Assembly (NCBI RefSeq): GCF_006345805.1
Contig: NC_043000.1
Location: forward strand, 118,172,001-118,236,000
From: Octopus sinensis
Lineage: Eukaryota
DNA length: 64,000 bases
Reading direction: 5' to 3'
The notes under the pieces are model-generated. The model made no database searches, was not told where the DNA came from, and worked only from the letters and a program-made list of their open reading frames with translations. Both the position numbers and the translations under genes were made by a program. This document shows, in pieces, positions 39,780 through 49,729 of this stretch; the first letter of the stretch is position 1, and every line of letters begins with the position of its first letter.

Positions 39780-40671
39780 TGTATGTGCGTATGTATATAT
39801 TTATGTATGTATAAATTATTTAATTTCTTTTCCAGACACATTTCAATTGTTCATGCGTTACGAACTCAACGACTCCAACAGCTTCCGAAGGAAAGTGTCC
39901 CACAGAGAAATGCAACTTTTATTATATGGTCATCGCCATATTATTCGTGGCAACATTCTTCACGTTTGCTGCACAAACGCCAATGGTTTCTATAATTCTC
40001 AGGTAAGCTAGCTAATAGTAATATCTTCGTAAATTATATAAATATGATGTATAATGTACATAGAGCATGTTGTCTAAAGAAAAACTACTTTCATTTTTTC
40101 GCTTGGCCCCTTTTCTATTATATTTTACTTTCGCATTACCTGACACAACACCATCGTCTCCAATACGATTCTTAAGCTGCAGTTTGTTAAGTATAAGCGT
40201 AGGAGTGGCTGTGTGGTAAGTAGCTTGCTTACCAACCATATGGTTCTGGGTTCAGTCCCACTGAGTGGCACCTTGGGCAAGTGTCTTCTACTATAGCCTC
40301 GGGTCGACCAAAGCCTTGTGAGTGGATTCGGAAGACGGACACCGAAAGAAGCCCGTTGTATATATATATTTATATATACATTCATATGTATGTGTGTATG
40401 TGTGTATGTGTGTGTATGTTTGTCCCCCATCATCGCTTTTATAACCAATGCTGGTGTGTTTAAGTCCCCTTAACATAGCGGTTTGGCATAAGAAACCGAT
40501 AGAATAAGTACTAAGCTTACAAAGAATAAGTCCTGGGGTAGATTTGCTCGTCTAAAGGCGGTGCTCCTGCATCAATGACTGAAACTTGGATAAGTATCTT
40601 CTACTATAGCCTCGGACCGACCAAAGCCTTGTGAGTGGATTTGGTAGACGGAAACTGAAAGAAGCTCGTCG

Positions 40672-40702
<31 letters not shown>

Positions 40703-41479
40703 TGTTTGTGTCCGTGTTTGTCCCCCACCATCGCTTGACAACCGATGTTGGTGTGTTTAGGCTTACGAAAAATAAGTCCTGGGGTCGATGTATTCGACTA
40801 AAGGTGATGCTCCAGCATGGCCACAGCGAACTGACCGAAACAAGTGAAAGAGTAAAAGTAATTAAATTCTATATCATACACGTGATTGTGTTTTGTTATG
40901 CACGTGATACCCCTGGTCCGTGGCAAAATATGCTTGTTTCAAACCAGTCAAACTATAAACATAAAGAAAAAAAATGCATAGAGTTTATTTACAAGTGTAT
41001 TGGCTATTTAACAATCTACAATAAATCAATTTAAGGGTCAGAAGTGATAGGTCTATCACTGAAAAATAAAAGTGATTTGGTGGTGTATTCATTGTGGTGT
41101 ATTCATTGTGAAGTTATCTTCCAAAACTCAAGCCCTTTGCTCTAAGCATATCATTATCGGTTCTGAATGACAAAGTTCTACCTTTGTTACAACAATACGA
41201 ATAGTACAGGGTATGTGTGTATGTGTGAAGAAATATATAATTTCATGCTCCTGCATGGCCGCAGTCAAATAACTGAAATGTGTAAAAGAGTATATATACT
41301 CTTTTACTCGTTTCAGTCATTTGACTGCGACCATGCTGGAGCACCGCCTTTTAGTCGAGCAAATCAACCCCAGGACTTATTATTTGTAAGCCAAGTACTT
41401 ATTCTATCGCTCTTTTTTCAAAACTGCTAGGTTACGGGAATGTAAACACACCACCATCGGTTGTCAAACGATGTTGGGG

Positions 41480-41553
<74 letters not shown>

Positions 41554-42479
41554 CGACAGGCTTTTTTCAGTTTCCGTCTACCAAATCCACTCACAATGCT
41601 TTGGTCGGCTCGAGGCTATAGTAGAAGACACTTGCCCAAGGTGCCACGCAGTGGGAATGAACCCGGAACCATGTGGTTGGTAAACAAGCTACTAACCACA
41701 CAGCCACTCCTGCGCCTGTGTTTCAGTCATTTGATTGCGACCATGCTGGGGCACCACCTTGAAAGGTTTTAGACGAACAAATCGACCCCAGGACTTTTTT
41801 AAAGCCTAGTACCTACTCTATCAGTTTCTTTTACCGAACCACTGAAGTTAAGGGGACGTAAACACACCAACACCAGTTGTCAAGTGGTGTGATGGGGCGT
41901 GGTGGTACAAACACAGACACAAAAACACACACATTGATATTTACATATATGACGGGGTTCTTTCAGTTTCTTTCTACCAAACCCAATCTCAAGGCTTTGG
42001 TCGGCCCAAAGCTGTAGTAGAAGACACTTGCCCAAGGTGCCACGTAGTGGGACTGAACCCACAACAATGTGGTTGGGAAGCAATAACATGTATGTGTGTG
42101 TGTGTGGTAAAAATTATTATAGGTAGCTTGTAAATGAATATAATGGAAAACATGTAATTTATAATTGAACATAATCGAAAAAAAAAAAGAACGGTGTTGG
42201 AAATAGGTGGGATGTTGCCGAACGCCTTTTCCTTATTTTTTAGCCCACGAGAGGGTGGGGGACCTTATTGAATCTGATGCTTTTTCTCAACATCACAGTC
42301 TTGAGACTAGGCGTAGGGGTGGCTGTGTGGTAAGTAGCTTGCTTACCAACCACATGGTTCCGGGTTCAGTCCCACTGCGTGGCACCTTGGGCAAGTGTCT
42401 TCTATTATAGCCTCGGGCCGACCAAAGCATTGTGAGTGAATTTGGTAGACGGAAACTGAAAGAAGTCCGTCGTATATAT

Positions 42480-42555
<76 letters not shown>

Positions 42556-44465
42556 GTGTGTATATGTTTGTGTGTCTGTAGCGGTTCGGCAAAAGAGGCC
42601 GATAGAATAAGTACTAGGCTTACAAAGAATAAGTCCTGGGGTCGATTTGCTCGACTAACGGCGGTGCTCCAGCATGGCCACAGTCAAATGACTGAAACGT
42701 GGTCCTCTTGGAATTCTCTCCTTGCTCAATCTTTCCCGGTGCTGTTGATTTACTAAAGAACAAGAGGAAAGCTTCGTCTTTGGATTTGCTTTGCAAGATT
42801 CTTTATGCGAGTTTGTGTGTGGAAGCATATTCTGTTGTGTCTGGGGAGAGCCATTCTCTTTTAGTGCTTTATAATTTAACATAATCACCGGTAAAATTTC
42901 CACTCATTTACTTATTTATTTTTTCTAAAATTTCATTGCGTCTTGCAAGGAAAGTTAACAACACTAATCTCACTGGTCAAAGAAAGCTTGCAATGGCCCT
43001 TCCTTTAGGGGAGTCGGTCATTTAAGTCCATTCGTTAGGTCAAATCTTCCCGATCAGTTGATTGTAATCGACTGCTGTATCCGATCTCCAAAATTTGCGT
43101 CGTCTTTTCAAAGTTTAAAATTAGTATAATCAACCAAATAACATGTCTTCACTAATTAATATGTATGCAACAAATATTTTCATTTCTGTTCTTAGATGCA
43201 CACCAGATAGTCATCGGTCCCATGCCATTGGAATATCTGCTTTCATTGCACGTTTACTAGGTAAAAGAATCTTCTTTTATCCTTCATTTTGCATTATTTA
43301 ATAATAAAAATTAAAATCATTATTTTTCCCTCTCCTTCCCTACTTTATCAAAAATTCAAGTAATTGTGAACCCAAATGAATGGGTTAGTTAAAAAGCCGG
43401 GAAAAGGTGGCGAGCTGGCAGAAACTTTAGCACGCCGGGTGAAATGCTTAGCAGTATTTCGTCTGCCGCTACGTTCTGAGTTCAATTTCCGCCGAGGTCG
43501 ACTTTGCCTTTCATCCTTTCGAGATCGATTAAATAAGTACCAGTTATGTACTGGGGTCGATGTAATCGACTTAATCCGTTTGTCTGTCCTTCCTTGTTTG
43601 TCCCCTCTGTGTGTAGCCCTTTGTTGGCAGTAAAATAAGAAACGTTAGCTGGCAGAAACGTTAGCACTCCGGGCGAAATGCGTAGCCGCATTTTCGTCTG
43701 GCATTACGTTCTGAGTTCAAATTCCGCCGAGGTCGACTTTGCCTTTCATCCTTTCGGGGTCGATAAATTAAGGACCAGTTACACACTGGGGTCGATATAA
43801 TCGACTTAATCCGTTTGTCTGTCCTTGTTTGTTCCCTCTGTGTTTAGCCCCTTGTGGGTAGTAAAGAAATAGGTATTTTGTCTGTCGCTACGTTCTGAGT
43901 TCAAATTCCGCCGAGGTCGACTTTGCCTTTCAGTGTTGATAAATTAAGTACTGTTTGCGTACTGGGATCGATCTAATCGACTGGTTCCTTACCCACAAAA
44001 ATTTCGGCCATTGTTCCTACAGTAGAAAAGAATAACGTCATCAGCTTCAAGTTAAAATCACTTTTCTCTGTTTTTTTTTTTGTTAATGCATCATTCATAC
44101 GCATAACCTTCGATACACAATTTTCTTAAATTATTTTGAAAGGTACATTGTTGTTTCAGTATATAGAATTATTCATTTCAGGTACATTCCAAGGTCCATT
44201 ACTGTTTGGATTCGCCATTGACAAAGCTTGTAGAGTGTGGAAAAGTTCCTGTTCCAAGAATGGAACTTCTTGTTGGATTTACCAAAAAGAATTATTATCT
44301 CGCAATTTCTTTTTATTAACAATCTTTGTACGGGCATTATCCATTTTCTTTCTCGTAATCGCCAAATGCCTTTATAAACCACCTCCGTCAAAAACTAGAT
44401 CAAACGTCGGCCAGCAATATCGATTGAGTGACAACTACGTGAGCGAAACCTTCACAGCTCTTTGA
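1384..44465 (+). CDS. SLCO4-like: Organic anion transporting polypeptide (OATP/SLCO, family 4-like), 10 coding exons: 1384-1659, 6462-6641, 7837-7933, 12325-12446, 15303-15563, 28352-28547, 34035-34209, 39836-40002, 43196-43260, 44182-44465; 5' exon(s) outside the window
   Basis: Manual splicing at AG/GT sites gives matching intron phases (1,1,1,2,1,1,2,0,2,1). The exons total 1823 nt; with 1 nt from the upstream exon that is 608 codons, ending in TGA at 44463-44465. OATP motifs present: [35 protein letters not shown], Kazal-like [40 protein letters not shown]. The VNG and SVYDI motifs point to family 4; the orthologue cannot be assigned from sequence alone. Confidence 0.95.
1959..2004 (-). 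ncRNA. Minimal type I hammerhead ribozyme of the Penelope pLTR type
   Basis: Minus strand reads GACAC-CUGAUGA-A-GGCUG-(10 nt)-CAGUC-GAAA-CGUU-GUGUU. It has the catalytic core, stem I GACAC/GUGUU, stem II GGCUG/CAGUC, and a palindromic AACGUU in place of stem III. Confidence 0.7.
2039..2492. repeat. Direct tandem duplication, period 218 bp, each unit bounded by (ATT)n
   Basis: cattctatgtttgac... at 2077 and 2295 with near-identical bodies. Confidence 0.9.
2881..3173. repeat. Minisatellite, 4 x 74 bp
   Basis: cccattaga at 2881, 2955, 3029 and 3103. Confidence 0.92.
3620..4065 (+). mobile_element. tRNA-headed SINE family A, full-length copy. Other copies or fragments near 826, 6150, 14745(-), 16405, 17200(-), 21300, 21890(-), 23355(-), 24535, 28588, 34280(-), 37800, 40197, 41295(-), 42310
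   Basis: Head ggagtggctgtgtggtaag (A-box-like) and ggttcagtccc (B-box-like), core gcaccttgggcaagtg, internal (TA)n/(TG)n, tail (aaagagt)n; repeated many times in the window. Confidence 0.85.
4083..4310 (+). mobile_element. tRNA-headed SINE family B (ggcgagctggcagaaacgttagc...gccccttgtggg(c/t)a(a/g)taaagaaata). Other copies near 1117(-), 4570-4900(-), 20286-20700, 26500-27110, 43405-44035, 44690, 45170, 54055, 59020-59615(-)
   Basis: Repeated ~230-bp consensus with B-box-like gttctgagttcaaattcc and a constant 3' tail. Confidence 0.85.
6462..6641 (+). CDS. SLCO4-like: SLCO exon B (ECL2 and TM4): GVESTSNDC...[34 protein letters not shown]
   Basis: Poly-T tract plus acag acceptor ending at 6461; donor gtaatt at 6642; phase 1/1. 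Confidence 0.93.
7320..7735. mobile_element. Degenerate foldback/MITE with ~150-bp imperfect terminal inverted repeats; partial relative at 1-200
   Basis: tcactactttatcatttatttatcaattagttaac near 7400 against gttaaccaattgacaaataaaatgataaagaagtga near 7635. Confidence 0.55.
7837..7933 (+). CDS. SLCO4-like: SLCO exon C (TM5): [31 protein letters not shown]
   Basis: ttcaag acceptor; gtaagt donor at 7934; not in the ORF track. Confidence 0.93.
11120..11700 (-). mobile_element. LINE/SINE 3' fragment (RTE-like tail ending in (GAT)n) with an internal 130-bp tandem repeat; relatives at 8860-9290 and 24060-24335
   Basis: catcatcatc-gtttaa..tccgttttccatgctagcatgg start shared by three loci; gtgctttttacgtgccaccggcacagg at 11284, 11414 and 11544. 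The clade label is an inference. Confidence 0.7.
11912..12290 (-). mobile_element. Non-autonomous Helitron
   Basis: On the minus strand: TC(T)ATATATATAAA 5' end near 12290 and a subterminal cccagcaacgccggg hairpin plus CTAG 3' end at 11912. Confidence 0.65.
12325..12446 (+). CDS. SLCO4-like: SLCO exon D (OATP signature and TM6): [40 protein letters not shown]
   Basis: tttcag acceptor; gtaatc donor at 12447; carries the OATP superfamily signature. Confidence 0.95.
13135..13643. mobile_element. Foldback element with ~190-bp inverted arms; single-arm relative at about 15915-16130
   Basis: aagtggcagtcctgcttaggacgat...ccccaggaaaac against gttttcctggggc...atcgtcctaagcaggactgccactt. Confidence 0.8.
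13650..13990. mobile_element. Palindromic MITE family; further copies at 19590-19870 (hairpin) and 42775-42950 (half)
   Basis: attctgttgtgtctggggagagtcattttc...tttccacttattt against aaataagtagaaatttt...ggctctccccagacacaacagaat. Confidence 0.8.
15303..15563 (+). CDS. SLCO4-like: SLCO exon E (central loop and TM7): [11 protein letters not shown]...[36 protein letters not shown]...LIP
   Basis: Pyrimidine tract plus tag acceptor ending at 15302; gtaata donor at 15564. Confidence 0.93.
16815..17184 (+). mobile_element. Non-autonomous Helitron; relative at 63082-63470 on the minus strand
   Basis: 3' end aaacccgagcaacgccgggcgatactgcta(a), the same as the 52016 end; the body is shared with the 63082 copy. 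Confidence 0.7.
17600..18060 (-). mobile_element. CR1-clade LINE 3' fragment (ORF2 C-terminus)
   Basis: [41 protein letters not shown] matches the CR1 ORF2 tail pattern TRGH..K..R..F..RV..WN.LP..VV...S...FK. Confidence 0.8.
18767..19282 (+). mobile_element. Internally deleted mariner transposon with both TIRs and TA TSDs
   Basis: TIRs ttaggttgtccggaaagttcatgccgattt and aaatcggcacaaactttccggacaacccaa, flanked by TA. Encodes the N-terminal HTH ([28 protein letters not shown]...SGRP) but no catalytic domain. Confidence 0.92.
22291..23110. repeat. Large inverted repeat, ~375-bp arms and ~73-bp spacer
   Basis: ORFs 22434..22616(-) and 22791..23036(+) translate to nearly the same peptide; direct inspection confirms the arms. 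Confidence 0.93.
25011..25398 (-). mobile_element. tRNA-headed SINE family C (ggaggcgcaatggcccagtggttagggcagcggactcgcgg...). Other copies at about 25790-26207(-) and 54339-54640(+)
   Basis: tRNA-like head with A and B boxes; shared body ending in ctttctctcactctt. Confidence 0.8.
27645..28080 (+). mobile_element. Non-coding retroposon embedded in (AAT)n (5' aatgccctga... 3' ctcactc(aat)n). Longer copy at 48430-49060(-), 3' fragments at 5606-5810(-) and 58940-59003(+)
   Basis: Same termini at four loci, all abutting AAT/ATT runs; the two long copies have the run on both sides. Confidence 0.75.
28352..28547 (+). CDS. SLCO4-like: SLCO exon F (TM8-TM9): [21 protein letters not shown]...[15 protein letters not shown]
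   Basis: ttttcaaag acceptor; gtaagt donor at 28548. Confidence 0.93.
29378..29936 (-). mobile_element. Internally deleted Tc1-like transposon with ~45-bp TIRs
   Basis: cacagacatgcgggaagtaaatagatacctttaattttcaaaat and attttgaaaattaaaggtgtctatttacttcctgcatatctctgtg; the interior is homologous to the transposase fragment at 49734-50198. Confidence 0.85.
29971..30760 (-). mobile_element. Non-autonomous Helitron with a duplicated 5' segment
   Basis: ctagcagacatacccggcgttgctcggg is the reverse-complement 3' end; 30290-30500 and 30595-30760 are diverged copies of the 5' part. Confidence 0.65.
30811..31135 (+). mobile_element. tRNA-headed SINE family D (gtgaaggcgcgtggcttagtggttag...). Other copies at about 53530-53740(-) and 54680-55027(-)
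   Basis: tRNA-like head, then core gtccttgagcaagacactttatttcacgttgctcc. Confidence 0.8.
32811..33186. mobile_element. Helentron-associated (HINE/DINE-1-like) non-autonomous element
   Basis: aagagcattcggagagtgcaaacttctgccaagg at one end; acaaaaaacaaacacgactgaaaataatacctctgc...ggcggagataaaa at the other. Recognised by pattern, not by search. Confidence 0.5.
34035..34209 (+). CDS. SLCO4-like: SLCO exon G (Kazal-like ECL5): ..[41 protein letters not shown]
   Basis: tttcag acceptor; gtaaga donor at 34210; conserved Cys pattern; not in the ORF track. Confidence 0.94.
36862..36978. repeat. ~117-bp near-perfect hairpin with a 1-nt centre
   Basis: ...tatagagggcactattacacatagatgcctcacactgggaggga-g-tccctcccaacgtgaggcatttatgtgtaacagtgccctctata... 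Confidence 0.9.
39390..39812. repeat. Compound microsatellite (TA/TATG, with (GATA)n at about 39705-39779)
   Basis: Direct reading. Confidence 0.95.
39836..40002 (+). CDS. SLCO4-like: SLCO exon H (ECL5 end and TM10): [30 protein letters not shown]...SIILR
   Basis: ttttccag acceptor; gtaagc donor at 40003. Confidence 0.93.
43196..43260 (+). CDS. SLCO4-like: SLCO exon I (65 bp, TM11 start): [23 protein letters not shown]
   Basis: cttag acceptor; gtaaaa donor at 43261; retains the conserved TM11 Arg. Confidence 0.92.
44182..44465 (+). CDS. SLCO4-like: SLCO last coding exon (TM11-TM12 and C-tail): [23 protein letters not shown]...ETFTAL*
   Basis: tttcag acceptor ending at 44181; stop TGA; matches ORF 44136..44465. 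Confidence 0.94.
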
Positions 44466-44502
44466 GTATTTGACTAACCTTTCGAAAACTGTGTTAACTA
44501 AA

Positions 44503-44599
44503 AATAAAACGGCCACCCAGAAGCGCCACACGTGATAGATATGCAATTTTGTGCCTTGTACTGTTTTGTAATATATTCCTATTCATTGAAAATAATAAA
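44503..44599 (+). promoter_or_regulatory. Candidate polyadenylation signals (AATAAA at 44503 and 44594) for the SLCO 3' UTR
   Basis: Two AATAAA hexamers 38 and 129 nt after the stop, before the first SINE at about 44690. The background is AT-rich, so this is weak. Confidence 0.35.
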
Positions 44600-46260
44600 C
44601 ATAAATTTTGCTAATATTATTCACTATTTCTAGAAATTGTTTTTGCTTGGAAATTCTCTTTCTTTGTTGAACCTAGGCGTAGATGTGACTATGAGACGCC
44701 GGGCGAAATGCTTAGCGGTATTTCGTCTGCCGTTACGTTCTGAGTTCAAATTCAACCGAGGTCGACTTTGCCTTTCATCCTTTCGGGGTTGATAAATTAA
44801 GTACCAGTTACGCACTGGGGTTGATGTAATCGACTTAATCCGATTGTCTGTCCTTGTTTGTCACCTCTGTGTTTAGCCCCTTGTGGGTAGTAAAGAAATA
44901 GGTGTGACTGTGTGGTAATAAGTTTTCTTTTAAACTACATGATTTCGAGTTCAATCCCACTGCGTGGCATCTTAGGCAGGTGTCTTTTATTATAGCACCG
45001 GATGGACCAAAGCCTTATGAACGGATTTGGTAGACAGGAACTGAAAGAAGTTCGTGTGTGTGTATGTGCACGCGTGTGTGTTAATATCTTCTTGCCTTGG
45101 TTTTGCGTGATCGTTGTAAGCAAGTGTCACCACCATGCAAGCAGTGTCTTGATAATTCGGTACATGAGATTTGCCGTTACGTTCTGAGTTCAATTTCCGT
45201 CGAGGTCGACTTTGCCTTTCATCCTTTCGAGGTCGATAAATTAAGTACCAGTTGTGTACTGAGATCGATCTAATCGACTGCCCCCTTCCCGCAATATTTC
45301 GGGCCTTGTGTTTAGTGTAGAAAAGAATAACGTATTCAAGATTAAAACTGTAATAGTTATGCAAAAAAAAAAAAAAATGCAAAATTGAATTGTGAAATAA
45401 AAATCTTTGACGTCGCTTTTAATATTTCATTGTCACATCAGGGATGAAATCCAAGCAACACCCGAGAACAGAAGAGACCTCCTATGCTTCCTAAAGCCGA
45501 ATACATCGTTCATATTGGTTACAAATTCTGGCAGCAATTTTGGGGGTGGGGTTAAATCGATTACATTGATCTCAGTGCTCAACTGTTACTCATTTTATCG
45601 ACCTCAAAAAGATGTAAGGCAAAGTCGACCTCGGCAGAATTTGAACTCAGACCATTGCCCGGCGTGCTAGCGTTTCTGCCAATTCGCCAGCTTATACATC
45701 CTTAATATTGATTTCAAAGTTTGGCACAAGACCAGCAGTTTTCGGGGGATGGGGCAAGTCAATTACATTGACCCCAGTGCTTAACTGGTACTTATTTTAT
45801 CGACTCCGAAAGGATAAAAGGCAAAGTTGACCTCTACGGAATTTGAACTCAGAACATGAAGACGCTCGGCGTGCTAACGATTTTGCCAGCTAGCCGCCTT
45901 TTTTTATAACTTTAATATTTATATCATCTTCATACAGAATTGCTTTTGCATGCGTCTCTTAAATACAAAACGGAGCGAAATTATTCAACTGATCTTGTTC
46001 CATAGGGTTGCGTAGATAACTCTTCAATCTTCTGGGGATATTTGAAGATGACAACGCAGCAGGAGTTACAGTAAAATTTTAATTACAGTTGTAATCGAAG
46101 TGCTGAATGTGGGAAAGCTAGCAGCTCTGCCTAAAAAATTAACTAGAGTAACATACGAACGGTCCTTCACTTCTTGATCGCCAGTTTGCAACCGGCGAAC
46201 AAAAGAAGTGGGAAAATGTCATGCTAACAAAACCACAATTGAACAAACCATTGCTTTATT

Positions 46261-46313
<53 letters not shown>

Positions 46314-46899
46314 GCCCTAGGACTCATGAGGTTGTTTTTCGGTTTTTGTTGTATGAAATAGATCGAGATTAGAGACGTTGACCTGTTGAAGGGATCAATT
46401 TCTATTTGAGAGGACAAATTGATTACATTGATTCCGTACGTTGAGTTGTATATTACGTTATTGACCCCAAAGGGATGAAAGGTAAAGAGCCGGAAGAAAT
46501 TGCGGTTAGCATTTTGTTTGACCTGTTAACGATGCCAACAGCTTACCACCTGACTACAGATGAATAGGTAAGATAAAATAAGAAGCTAACACAACAAGCC
46601 CACGGAAGAGATTTTATCCCAGACAGTTACACAGCAACAGCCTTCCAACAGTAAATATACATTTAATATGATACATAGATACTGTAAATACACACACACA
46701 TACACACACACACATATATAATATAAATAATATATAAATATATGCATATATACACACATATGTACATACCTACATCTATATGTATATATACATGCATACA
46801 TGGGTACAGGACATCAAAAATACGTTGAACACAATGAGAAACGGAAACATAAAAACAAAAACATGGAAACGGACTTTTTTCAAACAACGAAAAGACAGA

Positions 46900-48427
46900 G
46901 TACAAGACATACAACACAAGGAATATCCTCCTTCTTCAGTTGTCCCTGTTTCGTCTACTCCGCGTTCGAGGGTAAGGACAACTTAGAAAGAAAGAAGAAA
47001 AAAGAAGCATATAAGTTCATAGTTCAACTTTCGGAAGTTATAGAAATCAGAGCATGAGTCCTTAGGTGCAATCCTGCGTAGATCTGTGAGTGTAAGTCCT
47101 TAGGCGCAATCCTGCGTATATCTATGTGGGTTAAAAACCTGATATAGTAGAATTCCCAAGAAAAAAGACGCGAATATATTGACCTTCACTAACAGAATGA
47201 TAGCGGAGATGGCTATTAAGTGGTAAAAGTAAAGAAAAGAAATTAGACAGAGGTAGATAGATTGAGGTGGCAGGTGGATTTTAAGGATTGGCTATAGGAT
47301 CAAGGTGTTGGGTGTCTAAGAATTGTGAACGGTGTAGCCGAGAAGATGAGGAGGTAGAGGAAGATAGGCTAAAATAATAGACCAAAATGAAAGGAATTTA
47401 GAGAGAGTAATAGATGTCTGGTAGTTTCAAAGTCTAAAGTTGTTGGGGAAGGAAATTTAGTATTAACTGTTTGTATCTGTTCTAGCTAAGGCCAGTGACT
47501 GTAGAATTATTTTTAGCAATGAGGTGTGTGGTATGTAGATCGTGAGAAAAGAAGAGCTAGTTGAATTTTGAATTATTTATGAATGGGAGTTAGGGTTAGG
47601 AGACTTTTATTAAGGGGTTTATTGGGTTAAGGTTTAAAAATAAATTAAGGATAAATTAAAGAATTAATATCTATCACATAGTGTGATGAGGTAAGGTAGA
47701 TAGAAGAGTGGAAAGACAAGGTAGAAATAAGAGTTATAGAGATATAGAAGGGGTATGTGTTAAAGATCATAGGGGTTTGAATGTGGGTGCTATTCGTGGA
47801 GGGTGAGCTTACATTTAGATTCATGAAAGAATTTAAAATGCGGAAGAATTAGTGCTTACACATAGTGAAGGTCTCGTTGTATTTATTACGTAATTGTGGT
47901 GGGTTGTGGCTAGAATTTTGAGAGCTTCTTTTAAGCAAAGTCCACAACTGGATTGTTGGCCCTGATATGGGGTACCCGAGTCTATTATACCCCAGGAAAG
48001 TTTATACTGTATTTTTCTATTAATTAGGTGGTGTATATGGCTGGCTAGTGATGTGGAATTGCTATTCTTATATTTAAACGAATTTAAATGTGCATAATAC
48101 TTTTTTGTTTAAAATCGGTGCTGGATCCAATATAGTAGCTACAGGATTTATTTACCAAGTTGGGAACGGTACATCGGTATACGACGTTGAATCTTCTGCA
48201 TTGGGCTTCCAGCGGGCAATCTGTCCTAGACCTGAAGTTGCAGTTATAGGTTTTATGATGGTTAACTGGAGAGAAACACGAAGTAGTGCTGCTGGTAGTC
48301 GGTAGGGTGGTATCTGGTGAATCGATCGTGATATTGCTGTTATTGCTGTCGTTTCTAGTATTGATATCAACGCCAGCATTACCATTATCATTATTATCGT
48401 CATTTTCGTTATCGGCATCGCTTTGTA

Positions 48428-48458
<31 letters not shown>

Positions 48459-49027
48459 TTGAGTGAAAGAGCAGTGCATGCCATCAAAGTGACACTTGGG
48501 TAAAATATACGAAGCCCAGTATACCCATCATGACTACTCGTCTGATAAGGGTACACTAGGCACATGCATCACAACCATGTGTGCGCGACATGGTGATCTC
48601 ATATCAAGATAAACAGCACATGACCTTGCAGGTGGGGCCCAGTTAGAATTTTCTCCTGGTCGAGTAACCCATCCCGCTCAATAGGTCCCTAAATAAGGGT
48701 TGTTTAAGGACGTTGAACGAAACACCCATGTTTCCAGAGGTGAATTATTCAAATCTCAAAGATTCCTCTCAACACACGGCTATGATGCTCCCCCACTACT
48801 TCTGCTCATGATCAGAGATGCACATATCGTCAGCCACTAAGGGACATGCTCAACTGGTTAAGGTCAAACAACTGCCAAGCAAATCTGTGTTATTGAGCAG
48901 AATATTTGCTGTAGCCCATCTTTTATACCAAGACAAAACAATGTACATGAATGATAACACTTCCAATGAGTTAAAATCAGAAGCCACGAGAGCCACTGCC
49001 TGGTACTGCATCAGGGCATTAGCTATG

Positions 49028-49100
<73 letters not shown>

Positions 49101-49720
49101 GCAGCAGCAGCGGTAGCGGCAGTAGTCGTATCATTAGTAGTAGTATTAGTATTGGCGGTGGTCGAGGAGGTGGTATTAGTGATATTATTGCGCCTATTAA
49201 TAGTTGTGTTTGTGGTAGGACGGTTTTCAGTAATGGCCAATATTGCCGTTGGTATTAGAAATAATATTATTGCTCGTCTTATTAGTAATTGAAGTATATG
49301 CATTATTAGTTGTAGTGGTTATAACATAATTAGTGTTGTTAGTATCAGTGTACCTATTAGTGTTTGCGTCGGTTTCAGGTGTGCACCCATTACCCTCTGA
49401 GGTGGGGATTATATTATGTATGTTTAAGTTGTTTAAAGTGATCGGGCCATGGGTGTTAGATATGTTATTGCGATCGGTGTTAGTGTTTTCATTGTTTAGG
49501 TCTATGGTAGGGTTGACTGTATTTAGATAGTATGGGCTAAGTTTACGTTTATTAGAGGAGGCGATGATAGATTCTAAATTTGGTGCAGAGGAATAGGATA
49601 ATTTCAAAGTGGATTTCTTAAAGAAAGAAGGGTTCTTATGGTTATTACAACTAATAATATATATATTTTTTTCCTTTCCACAAACTACACGACACAAGTG
49701 CGGTTGGAAGAAAGATAAAT
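46900..49720 (-). mobile_element. Degraded, 5'-truncated Penelope-like retroelement: post-RT linker, low-complexity tract, GIY-YIG endonuclease (about 47850-48330) and 3' region
   Basis: Minus-strand translation with frameshifts: STLKLSYSSAPNLESIIASSNKRKL...CNFRSRTDCPLEAQC..VVYRCTV..YYIGSSTDFKQ..Y.AHLNSF..STSLASHI..LSWGII..PY..CGLCLKE..I..N..E..MCKH. This is the PLE GIY-YIG pattern. The 3' boundary is uncertain. Confidence 0.85.
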
Positions 49721-49729
49721 GAAAAACAG

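Noticed and set aside
46925-46985. Second hammerhead (GAAAC...CUGAAGA on the minus strand, within an agttgtcc/ggacaact hairpin)
   Set aside because: The core halves are in the wrong order and too close to build stems I and III; at most a rearranged remnant.
46990-47850. Mitochondrial insertion (NUMT) suggested by strong strand skew
   Set aside because: The frames I spot-checked gave no recognisable mitochondrial protein or RNA, and the segment continues directly from the PLE endonuclease.
47850-48330. Selenocysteine-encoding (Naiad-type) PLE
   Set aside because: No in-frame TGA at Cys positions in the readable endonuclease, and I recognised no SECIS.
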